This document shows, in pieces, positions 38,583-50,400 of a stretch of DNA of 64,000 bases; position 1 is the stretch's first letter; every line of letters starts with the position of its first letter. Below the pieces are notes generated by a model. It ran no database searches, was not told the origin of the DNA, and saw nothing but the letters and a program-made list of their open reading frames with translations. Source of the stretch: Octopus sinensis (lineage: Eukaryota); contig NC_043000.1 of NCBI RefSeq assembly GCF_006345805.1, positions 62,558,001 through 62,622,000 of the forward strand, given 5' to 3'. The position numbers and the translations under genes are program-made.

Positions 38583-38646
<64 letters not shown>

Positions 38647-38729
38647 CATCATCATCATCATCATCATCCTCATCATCATCATCCTCATCATGATCATCAT
38701 CATCATCAATATTATTATTTCTTTTTATC

Positions 38730-39360
38730 TCAGATCGCGAAACTTTTGAAGTCGTGCAAGCGTGGCGGGCTTGCTGCCTGCAGCCTACGGTACCATGCTA
38801 TCTATTCTTTTCAACTATCTAATACTTGATTATTCTGACCGTGCCAAGCAGGCAAACCTTTTTTAACAGTTCTACTGGGCAATCTATTTCGATTTCCTTT
38901 ATATTCCTCATTATGCCTTCTGATACTGTCCCCAAGGACCCAACAATAATTGGCACTATCCTCACCTTCTTCATTCTCCATAGCCGGGCTATTTCGTACT
39001 TATTTATCTTTTATTTTTTGCCCCCCACCGACCCACCCTTCTTGACTATTCATAGATCAAAGGGATACACAACATCAACTATATAGGACATGTGGTGCAC
39101 CTGTCTACCACCACTAGGTCCAGTGTGTTATGCATTTGATCTGTTTGGACTGGGAAATCTCAGAGGATTTTGCAAGTCTCCGACTCCGCCACTCTCTGCT
39201 GTTTGCGCTTATACCAAGTCTTGCCTTTCTCTAGCCCCCACTTTACGCAGTTTCAAATGTAGCACTTTCGCTACCTTATCGTGTCGCCACAACTTGTAGT
39301 GGTTTGGAGCAAGTCTAGAGGAGACGTTCGTGAAATAGGAAATTGTTTCGTTCACTCTGC
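38730..39360 (-). mobile_element. R4/Dong-clade 3' fragment with 3' UTR followed by (AAT)n
   Basis: Same family as 37975-38370; WRHDKVAKVL, PIIVGSLGT; (TAA/GAT)n at 38560-38720 at its 3' end. Confidence 0.8.
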
Positions 39361-39389
39361 TTTCAATACTCACTTATTATTATCATTAT

Positions 39390-41290
39390 TCCTTCGTAAC
39401 ACAGTGTAGACAAAAATGCAGCGGAGACTTTAGTCATCTGTCAAGTCACAACAAGGACCTCAGACAGATAATACTTTTCTTAAGATGTGTATTCTGCCCA
39501 ATAAGGCTGCTTTTTGCAAGACATCAATCATGCATGGGATTTCCAGTTACATTAAGAAGTTTTGAAGTTTCAATGGGATTGAGCCCAACGCTCCGATCAC
39601 CATTGGTATCACTTTTACATTATTCTCTCGCATTCCATACAGTCTTGCCATCTCCACTTTCAATTCAGAGCACTTGGTGATTTTTTCAACTTCTTCACTC
39701 ACAACATTCATGTCATTTGGTATGGCTACATCAATGATCTGACAGTACTTGTCTCTCTAATTCAATATAATAATATCCGACCGACGGTGTTTGATTACAG
39801 GATCTGTCTGAAAATCATAGTCCCAGAGAATTGTTACTTTTCCATCCTCCTGCATAACTTTACTTGGTACATGCTCATACCAGTTCTCTGTTACTTCATA
39901 TTAATATTTACGGCATAAGAACCAATGAAGATACACATACACTTTATCGTGGCGGCGCTTGTAGGATCTCACATCCACCTACCAAGTGGATAACATTTTC
40001 CACATTCTTTTCACAGTGTCTGCATTTCTGGGTGTCAAAAGTTTTATAGATGTTATACTTCACTGAATTGGTAACGAGAGCCTGGTCTTGTACAGCAATG
40101 GTGGTACGCTTCAAATCACCTCGATCAAGCCATGCCCACGATGCTGTATTATCCTTAACATTTTGTGTATTCCCTTCAAACTGTCCATGCATTCTCATTT
40201 CAAGAAGTCTTCTTTTCTCTTCATCTCAGCTCCTTGGTTAAATTCTTCCTTGCCCATCATTTCATCTGCATTTACACCCATATCTTTCACGGCATATTGC
40301 AGCAGATCTTCATCACAATTTATCAAATATTCAGCAAGCGTTCTCCTTTCTCTCCTTATACATTGGTCTATACTAATTAGTCCTCTGCCACCATTCTTTC
40401 TTTTCATATGGAGTCTGTTTACGTTTGCTTTAGGTTGTAACGCCCCATGCAGCGTCATCAACTTTCTCGTCTTTCTATCCAGTGTTGATATTTCCTTCTT
40501 AGTCCACCTGGCCACCGCAACTGCCCAGATTTTCATTGTGGTGATCAAATTTTGGCATTCTGATTCGATTTAAACACCATCTTCACACATTTTTGATACG
40601 CTTCGCTGACCTTGACTTTTCATTTCTCAGTGTAAGATGTCACAGCTCCAAAATCCCTAAATATCTGTCGGGTTCAACTATAGTCTCTCCTGGTGGTAAC
40701 AACAATCCTCTGCATACTGCTTTCTTCCTTCCTTTCATATTAAGTACTGAGCATTTGGCAATCCCAAATTCCATACCGATGTCCCTACCACACTTCTGGA
40801 CTGTTTTGGTTAAGGAATCTATCTGTTTTTTCAGATTTCCCGAACAATTTCAGGTCATCTATGAATAGAAGATGGTTCAATGATGGGCCTTTCTTCCCAC
40901 ATCGGTAACCCATCTTAACTTTCCTAAGTGTCATTGTTATGGGTATTAGTGCAATTACAAAACGTAACGGAGAAAACGTGTCACCTTGGAAAGATTCCCT
41001 TTTTAATATATTACTTAAGTACAATTTGGCTTTCCACTCTTTCACGCTATGCATCAGAAAATTTGTGATGTTGTCAGCAGCACCAATCATCTGCAGGCAT
41101 TCAACGATCCAAGAATGAGGCATCATATAATATGCCTTCTTAAAGTCAATTCAAGCCATGGACATGCTTGTATGATGTTTTTTACAATGCCTCAAAACTG
41201 TTTTATCGATGACCAGGTGATTCTTTGCACTCTGAGAACTTTTCCTACATCCTTTTTTTCCCAGCTACCATACTTCAAAGTCACGGAATT
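39390..41290 (-). mobile_element. R4/Dong-clade LINE (second family), RT to 3' end, decayed
   Basis: AWIDFKKAYDMMPHSWI, FQGDTFSPL, NHLLFIDDLKLFG, LQPKANVNRLHMKRKNGGRGL, KCRHCEKNVENVIHLVGGC, IVGALG-like end; AAT repeats at its 3' end. Confidence 0.88.
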
Positions 41291-41299
41291 TTGAAGCTC

Positions 41300-43130
41300 C
41301 GTAAATTAAAAAAGTGTCTATAATCTTTTCGGCCTTCTAAGGCTCCGTGTTTTCATTTTTATTGTTACCATTGCATTTCTGAGACTGTCTGGATTGCACA
41401 AATAGTGTTTTTGTGTAGAAACAGACCTCCTGTTTTGCAGGGGTGCGCATCAATAAGTTTTGAATTTTAACTGCTTTCGGCAAAAACAAATATTTTGCAA
41501 TTTTCTTTAATCATTTAAAGATGGCTGATAAAGAAGCCATCATAATAATGCTCGACAAAGGAACGCGTTCCTTGTCGGAGAAAACTGAAAACGGGAAAAG
41601 AATTGAGAATATGAATGTCGAATGGCCTAAACTTAATGACATCCCCGAAGCGAAAAATGTTTCGTCTCTAAACAACGTCAAAACATTTGGTGTGGTCAAC
41701 GAGAATAACAACAGCAACAGCAGCAGCGGTGACAGCAACAACAATAATAATAATAACAGCAGCAACAGTACGAAAGAAACGAAACATAAAAACGCAAATA
41801 TTACCTCTGCGTTTTTGCGGCGGGAAAATGGGAAGTTTCCACACTGATGAAAAAGAATTAAAATTGGCAAGAAAAATTGTAAAAAGAGATGGGAGAAAAG
41901 TAGCTCTAAACCGGCTATCCGACGTGATAGAAAATATCGCAAGATGCACGGTAACATACCGTTGCATCGGAGTCAAGTCTCGGCGGGTGAAAATGCTCCT
42001 GAGAGTGAAATACAAAAGTGCCTTGGGCGCCTGTGGGAACAGAAGACCCATATCACCCGAGGAAAGAAGTTTAGAACCACTGAGGTGAGATTTGGGACGG
42101 AAGAAGCTAGATGTAATTCCGCAACCACTTTGAGGAATGACAACTTTTTCATAATCCCCAGCTTTCGCGGTCAACGCCTTGCCAAGATTAGGGTGCTGAA
42201 TGAGCTGCCAGAAAAAATCCATTACCTGGTTAGTGGCGGTCGTCTTGTTAGGTTTAGATGAAGTGACAATCTTGGTGGTCAAGAAAATACTTTAGTAAAA
42301 CTGGTTAGGTATAGGTATGGAACTGACTTTGCAATGCAAGTAGGACCATATCGACCAGCTACCAGATCTATTCGATCTCCTTGATGGTACCCACCTGTCA
42401 GCGTTAGTGGAGGGTAGAATGGCAAGATGCCATATATGTGGATCTGTAACTCACTTAAAGGCTTCCTGCCCTGAAACAAGGAAAAATAAAGCCCCACTGC
42501 CGCCAAGGCTACAACACCACAAGTGCAAGAAAAAAAAGGTAGGCTGGTCATCCTAGATGTAACCCACGAGAGTAAACAGTCCTTTAGGTTGGTAGCTGTC
42601 TATGCTCCTAAGGTGTGTAGGCAGTTCGGTTTTTATTGAGACCTACATCACTTTCTAGTGACTTCAAAAACGGTAGTTCTGTTAGGAGACTTTAAAACTA
42701 TCCTTGATGCACGGGCGGATAGTGTTGGCTCGACAGATAGGTGGGAAAATCCTGGCCTCAAGGATTTACTAGAGAGCTATAATCTAGTAGACCGTTACAG
42801 ACTGGATGAACCGAACGTTCCACAGTGGACCTGGAGTAATAGCGACAGCTCACGCAAATCTTATAATAAATAGGATATTCGTTAAAGGCAAAGATAGGAA
42901 TACTTTTAGTTGTCCACAATTTTGTATTGTCCTTTACACGGATGCCGTGTGAGGTGCATGTAGGTAAATTTCATAGACAGGGATCCGGGTCTACTGAGAC
43001 TTAGAGCAGAACATGAGAATTTCTAGTTCTGCGAAAAGAAGCGTGGTAGTGTAGGCTCAAACGAGGGAAATGAATTTAGCAGGTCTGCAACTCTGCCAAA
43101 TGCAGAGTTGAAGAGTTTTATCATTTGTCT
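41300..43130 (+). mobile_element. Tx1-like LINE 5' part: 5' UTR, ORF1 with CCHC zinc knuckle, partial APE endonuclease
   Basis: ATG at 41521; intact CX2CX4HX4C (RCHICGSVTHLKASC) at about 42430-42472; GRLVILDV, LVAVYAP, VLLGDFK..LD, VDRYRLDEP..WTWSN; ORF1 end fused to mid-APE by a deletion. Confidence 0.88.
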
Positions 43131-43879
43131 TTGCATTGTCTCAAGCGGATTGTGTGGCCATTGTGGTCAATAAAGAATCTTTACTATTATCATCGTTGTT
43201 GTTGCTATTGCTGTTGTTGATGTAATCATTATTACTACTACCACTATCACTACCACTGCAGCAAGTAGTAGTATGTATGTGTGTGTGTATGTATGTATGT
43301 ATGTATGTATGTATGTATGTATGTATGTATGTATGTATGTGTGTGTGTATGCATGCATGTATGTAATCGCTGAAGACCAAGCCGCTACCCGTATCTTCAG
43401 ACATTCGGCATATCTTAAAACTGAAAGTGTACTGAAGATACATGCTTAAGCTGTTTGGTGATATTTTCAGACTTTCTCCATAGTGATCCTATTACCTTTC
43501 TCTCTACAGTCCTCATATTTGACCACCTTCCTGTTTCCTTTTTTGTTTCACGCTCATGTTGTATTGACAAATTCTACAAAAATCTTACAAGTCCTAATGT
43601 TTTTTTCTCTAGTACAACGATATCTATTCTGCAATGTCGCAGTCTTTACTCTATCTGAATTTCCATATACCATAATTTTTTTACCTGATCATTTTCGACA
43701 ACTTCTATGATCACAATAGTTAACTGAATGTCTTGTACTGCATGCCTAATACAATTACCAGTCTTAAACTAATGCAGTTATATCATGTCTCAAGCCTTTG
43801 TACTGCCTCTACTGTGCATGGCTGTTAGACTTCGATCGTCTCTTCTCTTTCGCCTCGTAAAAGGGTGAAGAGCCCTTCG

Positions 43880-44177
43880 TTCATAAATGACCATGGAATT
43901 GCACAAGTCCGGGCAAGATTGTTTATGGAAGACCAGCAGTCACTCATGCATACCAGCCTCCCCTCTCCACGACACCGATGTTATCCAAGAGAAAGGCAAA
44001 CGCCGATACAGCTTGGCACCAGTGACGTCGCAACTCATTTCTACAGCTGAGTGAACTGGAGCAACGTGAAATAGAGTATCTTGCTCAAGAACACAACACA
44101 CAGCCCAGTCTAGGAATCGAACTCACGACCTCATGATTGTAAGCCCGACGCTCTAACCACTGAGCCATGGGTCTTCA
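43880..44177 (-). mobile_element. tRNA-derived SINE with CORE/Meta-type domain, third tail variant
   Basis: On -: TGGCTCAGTGGTTAGAGCG head, GAGTTCGATTCC B box, GTGTTCTTGAGCAAGATACTCTATTTCACGTTGCTCCAGTTCACTCAGCTG. Confidence 0.88.
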
Positions 44178-44498
44178 TCCATGCCTATATGTAGTCGTAA
44201 TCGATATAATAATAACATATACTCCTGATCTTTATGTCTTCTAACTGTTGGTATCCATTATGGTCTGTTCCTGAGCTGACATTACTGTGCCGTTTGTAAT
44301 ATTCTTTAACCCCCACCCCCGTTTCCTTAACCAACCCCAAGTCCGTATACCTCTAAAAGCAGTGTTCTTGAAGAATATTCAAAGCATTTTTGCCATTCAG
44401 TTTGCCTTTTCGACTTTTCACATCTTCTTTTTCTTTACATAATTACTACCCACCAGAAAGTAAATGAACTTCGTAATAGGTAAACAAAAACAAAAAAG

Positions 44499-44676
44499 AT
44501 AATTATTTTTTGGAATAGTGGATCCTGAAGTACATAAAGCTATAAATCATAACATGTAAATATTGGGTTGAAAAGCCCTTTTGTGTAGACAAAGTCAAAA
44601 GCTACCAAATTTCCTGTAGCCATGTCATTATTTATATTTTTGTGTACTTCGGTATCTACTATTCCCAAACAATTAT
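44499..44676. repeat. ~58-bp imperfect inverted repeat (fold-back/MITE-like)
   Basis: 44499-44556 is the approximate reverse complement of 44621-44676. Confidence 0.7.
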
Positions 44677-44782
44677 TTCCCGTTCTCTCAAAAGTTTCTA
44701 AACCCTTGTGATGTAGACAACATACAATTCTTGCTGGTAAGAATGGATAGACAAATTTTAAAATGGATATACAAGTTTGAAG

Positions 44783-44854
44783 GGTTGCTTTAGTCCTGTG
44801 GTAGAGCATTTGTCATGTTTACTGGGGACATAGGTTCGAGTCCCACAGGTAGCC
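44783..44854 (+). pseudogene. Degenerate tRNA-like sequence (resembles tRNA-Thr(TGT)); pseudogene or solitary SINE head
   Basis: GGTTGCT/GGTAGCC acceptor-like stem, TGGTAGAGCA D-region, GGTTCGAGTCC T-loop; anticodon and T stems mismatched. Confidence 0.5.
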
Positions 44855-45069
44855 TTCGTATGTTTCTATACAAAAGTGTTTTTAGTCCAATATTTACATG
44901 CTATTATACATAGTTTTATGCGCTTCGAGATCAACTGCTCCAAAAAGAATTATTTCGCATTCACTCGAAAGTTTATAATAAGTGAATTCTATACATTTTC
45001 CAAATATTTCTTAATTTCAAATTCAAATTTCTAATCCCGCCTCACCTTCTGGGGGCGTACGTGTTTTTC

Positions 45070-45440
45070 TTGTATTAACAGCCATAGCTAGAGGGAACCA
45101 TATATATTCTTTCTATTCTCTGTCGTTTATTGTTCCTTCTCTTTTCACAGCTCATAGCGTTTTTCTTTACTTTCTGAAACATACAACGTTCCTCTGCTAC
45201 ACCACAATCTCCAACGCCAGTCAAACCATCGCAGCGTTTTATATACAGTCTGTCAATAACAGCATCTTGTGAAATATTATATATCGACAACAACTTCCTA
45301 GTTTTCCTGTAAATATCCTATAGTTTTTGGTGTGCCATTTGATTATACTTTCTCTGTATCGAATGATCGAGACAGCGCATGAATTGATAGCTGTAATAAC
45401 ATTTCTACTGCTAAGTTGGGATTTTAATATTTCCTGGAAT
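45070..45440 (-). mobile_element. R4/Dong-clade remnant
   Basis: EILKSQLSSRNVITAINSCAVSIIRY, AVIDRLYIKR..GL..V.DC.VAEE. Confidence 0.7.
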
Positions 45441-45948
45441 CTTCTTATGCATTCGTTTTCCTATTTTTATTTTTTATAATTGTTGTCGTTGTTGTTGTTG
45501 TTGTTTCGGTTCTTATGTTTGAGATAGTCGGGCATGTTTCGTCTAGTTTTCCCATGTCGTGGATTTCTAGCAAGTGAAACTACATAGAAAAACGTTCTTA
45601 ATGCAAATCTTCTAAATAGAGAGGCAGCGATTTTAACAGTTTGCATCAATTTTTTTCCCTTTTGGGGGAAAAGACTAATTTGCAAAGAAAAACTTTTTTT
45701 TTCTTTTCTATAACTCGTAAACAAACAAAATAGCTACAGCGTTTAGATACGCCTCACAAAAAATGATTTGAACGAAAATAAGCGTATTTTAAGGAAAGAA
45801 AACAGTAAAATAGAGAAGAAATATATTCAATCCTTCAACAGAATGCTTTTTAGTTTAATAAAAGAATTTCTGATAGAAAATAATCATGTTGAACAATGTA
45901 AATGATAAAATAACAGAATCATCATTTATTGAGCGTGGGGACACACAC

Positions 45949-45999
<51 letters not shown>

Positions 46000-46310
46000 A
46001 CAAACACAAGCTTAAGCCTGTCACTAATCAAAGAAATGAATAGTGAGTTCGAATAGAAGAACTGTAAAAGTGTTTCCTGCCTTCCTTCGGTCGTATGAAA
46101 TACCCTAACTAAATTACTTAACAGAGAAAATGTCAACCTAGTGGAGATGTATAACAAGCGAAGGTGAATCTACCCCGCAATCCCTTATCGAACATCAGAA
46201 AAAATTATTATTACTGCATCCCAGAAGATACAGGAACTTTTCCAAGACTCCATCAGAGCAATTGCAAGCATTCCAGGCGGTGAAGTGTGACGTAGCCTAT
46301 TCTTTATTAA

Positions 46311-46842
46311 CTCCTTGACAGCGTTTGACGCAAATATGCGATCACAATTTTACTTGACTACCCGCTGTTAACGTAAATATACGATGTAGAGCTACCCTAA
46401 CTCTATCGCGGGCTTTTTAGCGGCTGACGTCTGTTTACATTCGCTATCGTGTACTTTATCTCTTGAGGTGCGCGCATCGCCGTCCCGTGCATTATCTTAG
46501 GTATTTTAGGTTACGTTCAAGTCATGAGACTAGCAGTAGACTAGCAGTAGACCAATGACATGCGGATACTTTACATGCATAATACCATGTTTTGAGTTGT
46601 ACCACGCGCAAGCTATTTTTTTAACTTGAGCAGAATAACTCGTGCGTATCATATTATGATAAATAGCTTCACATAGTTCGTTTTCATAAACCGGTAGACG
46701 AAAATGTACGACGCTATGTTATTGTAACGGTAAGCGTAAATAGACGCGAGCTCGTTGGCACTTGTGTGTTTGTGTGGCCTCATTAGATAAAAAAAACCGG
46801 AGCAGTGTCTCGCATGCTTCGAGTAATACCGGTGTCAAGGGG
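46311..46842. mobile_element. piggyBac-type MITE
   Basis: TTAA at 46307-10 and 46843-46; TIRs CTCCTTGACAGCG and reverse-complement CCCCTTGACACCG (11/13); subterminal ACG(C/T)AAATAT(G/A)CGAT direct repeat. Confidence 0.85.
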
Positions 46843-47336
46843 TTAACCAACGAAGACACAGTGCAACTTCTTGCGTAATATTCAATAAGGACGACGATTT
46901 GAAAAAGCAGACCGAGTTAATGCGGCCTGAAACTCAAACTACATTACTTGGGGAGTGCAACACGAATGTTACAGTAAAATATATTTCACTACACTGAATC
47001 CAGTTTTAGGATCACTTTTGGGGTGCAATTCAAGTTTTCAAGTAACCAAAAGTATATAACTGAATGGAATTCTTATGCATTTAAATGATCCTCGAAAACG
47101 ATAGAGTAATTTCAGCAGTGAACCTAATCATAGGTGCATAAAGTAAAAATATAAGAATTGTGGTGCAGGAAAGCGAATGCAACTGGTACATTTGTAGCAG
47201 TACGATACAATTGATGGCTTGCGAAAATCGATAGACCATCGGTTAAACAACTTTGCTGTATATAGTTACACCCTTTTACATTCTAAGTTCAAATCGACTT
47301 ATCTCCTCCCTTCAAAAATGTGCCAACATTAAAAAC

Positions 47337-47409
<73 letters not shown>

Positions 47410-47699
47410 TTCATTGTTGCTGAAGCTAAATGAGTTTTGGAATCTCTGCAAGTTTGTGTTTTGTTTTCTTTTCTTTTTAAGAAGTGTTTTTGGTTGACCA
47501 GAAACGATAAGGTACTGATCAATGGTTTTTTACTACTCGTTCTACGAGGCAAAATTTCAAAAAGAACTTGTTTCGAGACAAGGAAAAGGTTTTAGCTGTC
47601 GACCAGTCAGCAAAAGAACAAGTTGCGAAAATTTTTCAAGATGAAAACGTCTTTCGCAGTCAAGTCCTGACATTGTAGTAGTTAAAAGTCACAGACGTT

Positions 47700-50400
47700 G
47701 TAGTAATTAAAAACAGTAGCAGTAGCATCTGTTGCAACAACACCAACAGTGATAACTATAACACCAACAACAGCGAAGAAGCTCGCAACATCAACAGCAG
47801 CCGTTCAAGAATTTGGACCTGGAGATCTCCATTTCCAGCGACGTCGAGGGCCACCAGCCAGTGGTGTCGGGTGTCAACGAAGAGCCCTCGACTACAACAA
47901 GACGACCAAAGTTTTCTTTTTTCCTTTTCCAAGGTCTGGGGTCTCCCGCCCCTAAGCCCTAGACCATCACCTAACCACCCTTACCCGTCTTGTTGCTTAA
48001 CAACAACAGCAACAACAACAATATCAACAGCAGTAGTAAATTGTGCATTACCATCACCACCACCACACCAATAAGAAACAATATTGTTAGTGCAGGGATG
48101 ATACTAACAATACCAGTCGCAGCCACAGTGAAAACACAACAAAAAGTACTTACTTTGCCAAGATCACGAACGTGTTCAATTTCACCCAACTAAACAAAAA
48201 ACATGAACATTTAAAAGAGGCGGAGAAACACATCGACAGATTAGAACAGACAAAAGATTACACTCATATGCACAAAGTTTTTTAAACTAAAGAGAAGGGA
48301 AAACAATTCTGTATAAATTCTTTTTGACAAAAAGACAGAAATTAGATCAGATTAAGCGGTAATCCGTTTAAGGAACATATGGTAAGAAATATCTTTTTTG
48401 TGAGACATGCCCATATATTCGGACATATCTGTGTTATTTTTTCGAAATCCAAAACCAGAAGTATTCCACAATCTCAGATAGAACTGTTGATTTCACACTG
48501 ATACTGATTTACCTTGAATGGAATGTGATCTAAGTAGAAATCTCAAACACACCACCAGAGCCAGATTTCAGGTGGGTGGCATAATGTGTGGTAGTTTTGG
48601 AAGGCTGCTACAAATAAAAAGGTTCCGTAAACAAAATCAGGTTGAATATTTTTGTTTCAGATGAAATGTTTTGATTCAGAGATGGAGATTTTGGGCCAGG
48701 TTAAACCTGAGACACTTTCGGGTGTCTTTCAGACCCAACAGAGATCCCATGAGGGTTGCTGCAGGATGTAGTGGAAGGCAGCAGGTCTCAATCCTACATC
48801 TGTAGGAACACTAATGACTTCAAGGCTTTTCTACCCCAAACAACAACAGAAAATTAAAACTTTCACTACCGCCAGCACAACAACTTCAGGATAACAAAAT
48901 ATAATAGCAATCACTACATAAACAACCACAACAACTACGAAAATAGCATACAGCGCAGCAATACCGATCGAAGCAGCAGCTACAAGACTGGAAACAGCAC
49001 CTACTGCAACAGCAACAACAATACCAAGAATGAAAATGATAGCAGCAAATCAAAAATATAACGCCCCTCAAGATATGCCCTCGCCGCTTAGAATCACTCG
49101 GACATGTCGAGTGGCGAAGGTGAGGATGAGGAGCCTGAATGGGAAAATGTTACCAATGCGAAAAAAAAGAGAAGGAAGCTAAAACACTAACAAAAATACT
49201 GGCAGACACAAACGGAGAAGATGTTTTGAGGCAGCAATGTACCAACACAATCCCTAACAGCAACTATACCACTACTATTAACACCATCACTTTCACTATC
49301 ACTACCACAACCACCACTACCATACATGCCTCCTTTATAAGCACAAGGACAACCTAATTCACATGCACAACAACAGTCAGATCATAGTTACCAACAAGAA
49401 CAAACAAGGAAATCATTACCAACACACCTATAAACATATGCAATAAAGACCAAGTAGGCTACATACACCAATATACAAATGCTACACATAGCAGTTACAT
49501 TACATTAACTAATAGCATTCCAGCACGTATAAAAATCATCCATATGACACTTTGAAACATAAATGCTTCGAATGTGTAGGGGACTACAAGAGAAGTATAA
49601 AACCCATATAAAAATCTGCTTGTGGAAACATCTACAACAGTTGGAAAGACGAAGCACCTGTCTCTCAATAAGAATTAGAACAGACAAAAGTGTTCTCTCT
49701 CTTTCTGTCAAACATAGCCTTACTAAGGGCAGTAAACGCACGAGGCCTGGGTTCAACTGGGAAGGAGGGCCACCAACACAACGTGTTGGAAGCTGGACGT
49801 GTTGCTCCTGGCATACTAAGCCTACAGAAACTGGGTTAGCGAATTAGCCAAGCAAGGGTTGACGGGTGCAATCGCCAACAATAGATGGTAGTTTGCCCTG
49901 AAAAGGGTTATTAGATTAGAATTGATAAGGTTTAATGAGATCGAAAAATAAAAATAGTGAAAAATAGAAATAGAGAAAAATAAAATAGTGAAAAGTTAAA
50001 AATTTAAAAGAGGCGCTAAGGAAAGGTTTCGTAACCGACAACCGAGATCGGCTTTTTGAGCACTTTTTCAACGCAGAGAACGAAGGTTGCATTGTCATAG
50101 CTAGAGCACATGTTCTAAGACATGAAGTGATGAAACCTTTTCAACAGACCCGTGTGACAGGGGCGCATCAAGACAACAAAGCTACAATTCGATCTTTATG
50201 GGAGGCGGAAACAGTATACTTGTGTAAGCCAGATTTGTTTGATGCAATTTTGCCAAACGTCTGCAACAACTGCAAACAGAACGAGAGAACGAGAATAAGC
50301 TCTACAGACATCAGCGTTCAGATGTTCCGAAATTACAGAATAGGAGGGGAAAAACAAGAGAGTAGTTGACACAGGATTGCTCGCGCAAAAGAAAATTGGA
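47700..50400 (+). mobile_element. Old, heavily decayed Tx1-like LINE (ORF1, APE N-terminus and RT N-terminus pieces)
   Basis: VEISNTPPEPDFRWVA (ORF1), degenerate knuckle SYICRNTNDFKAF, MTL*NIN (APE start), LCKPDLFDAILPNVCNNCKQNE (RT N-terminus). Confidence 0.5.

Noticed and set aside
44783-44854. Functional tRNA gene
   Set aside because: Anticodon and T stems have multiple mismatches and the anticodon loop is non-canonical; kept only as a pseudogene-like feature
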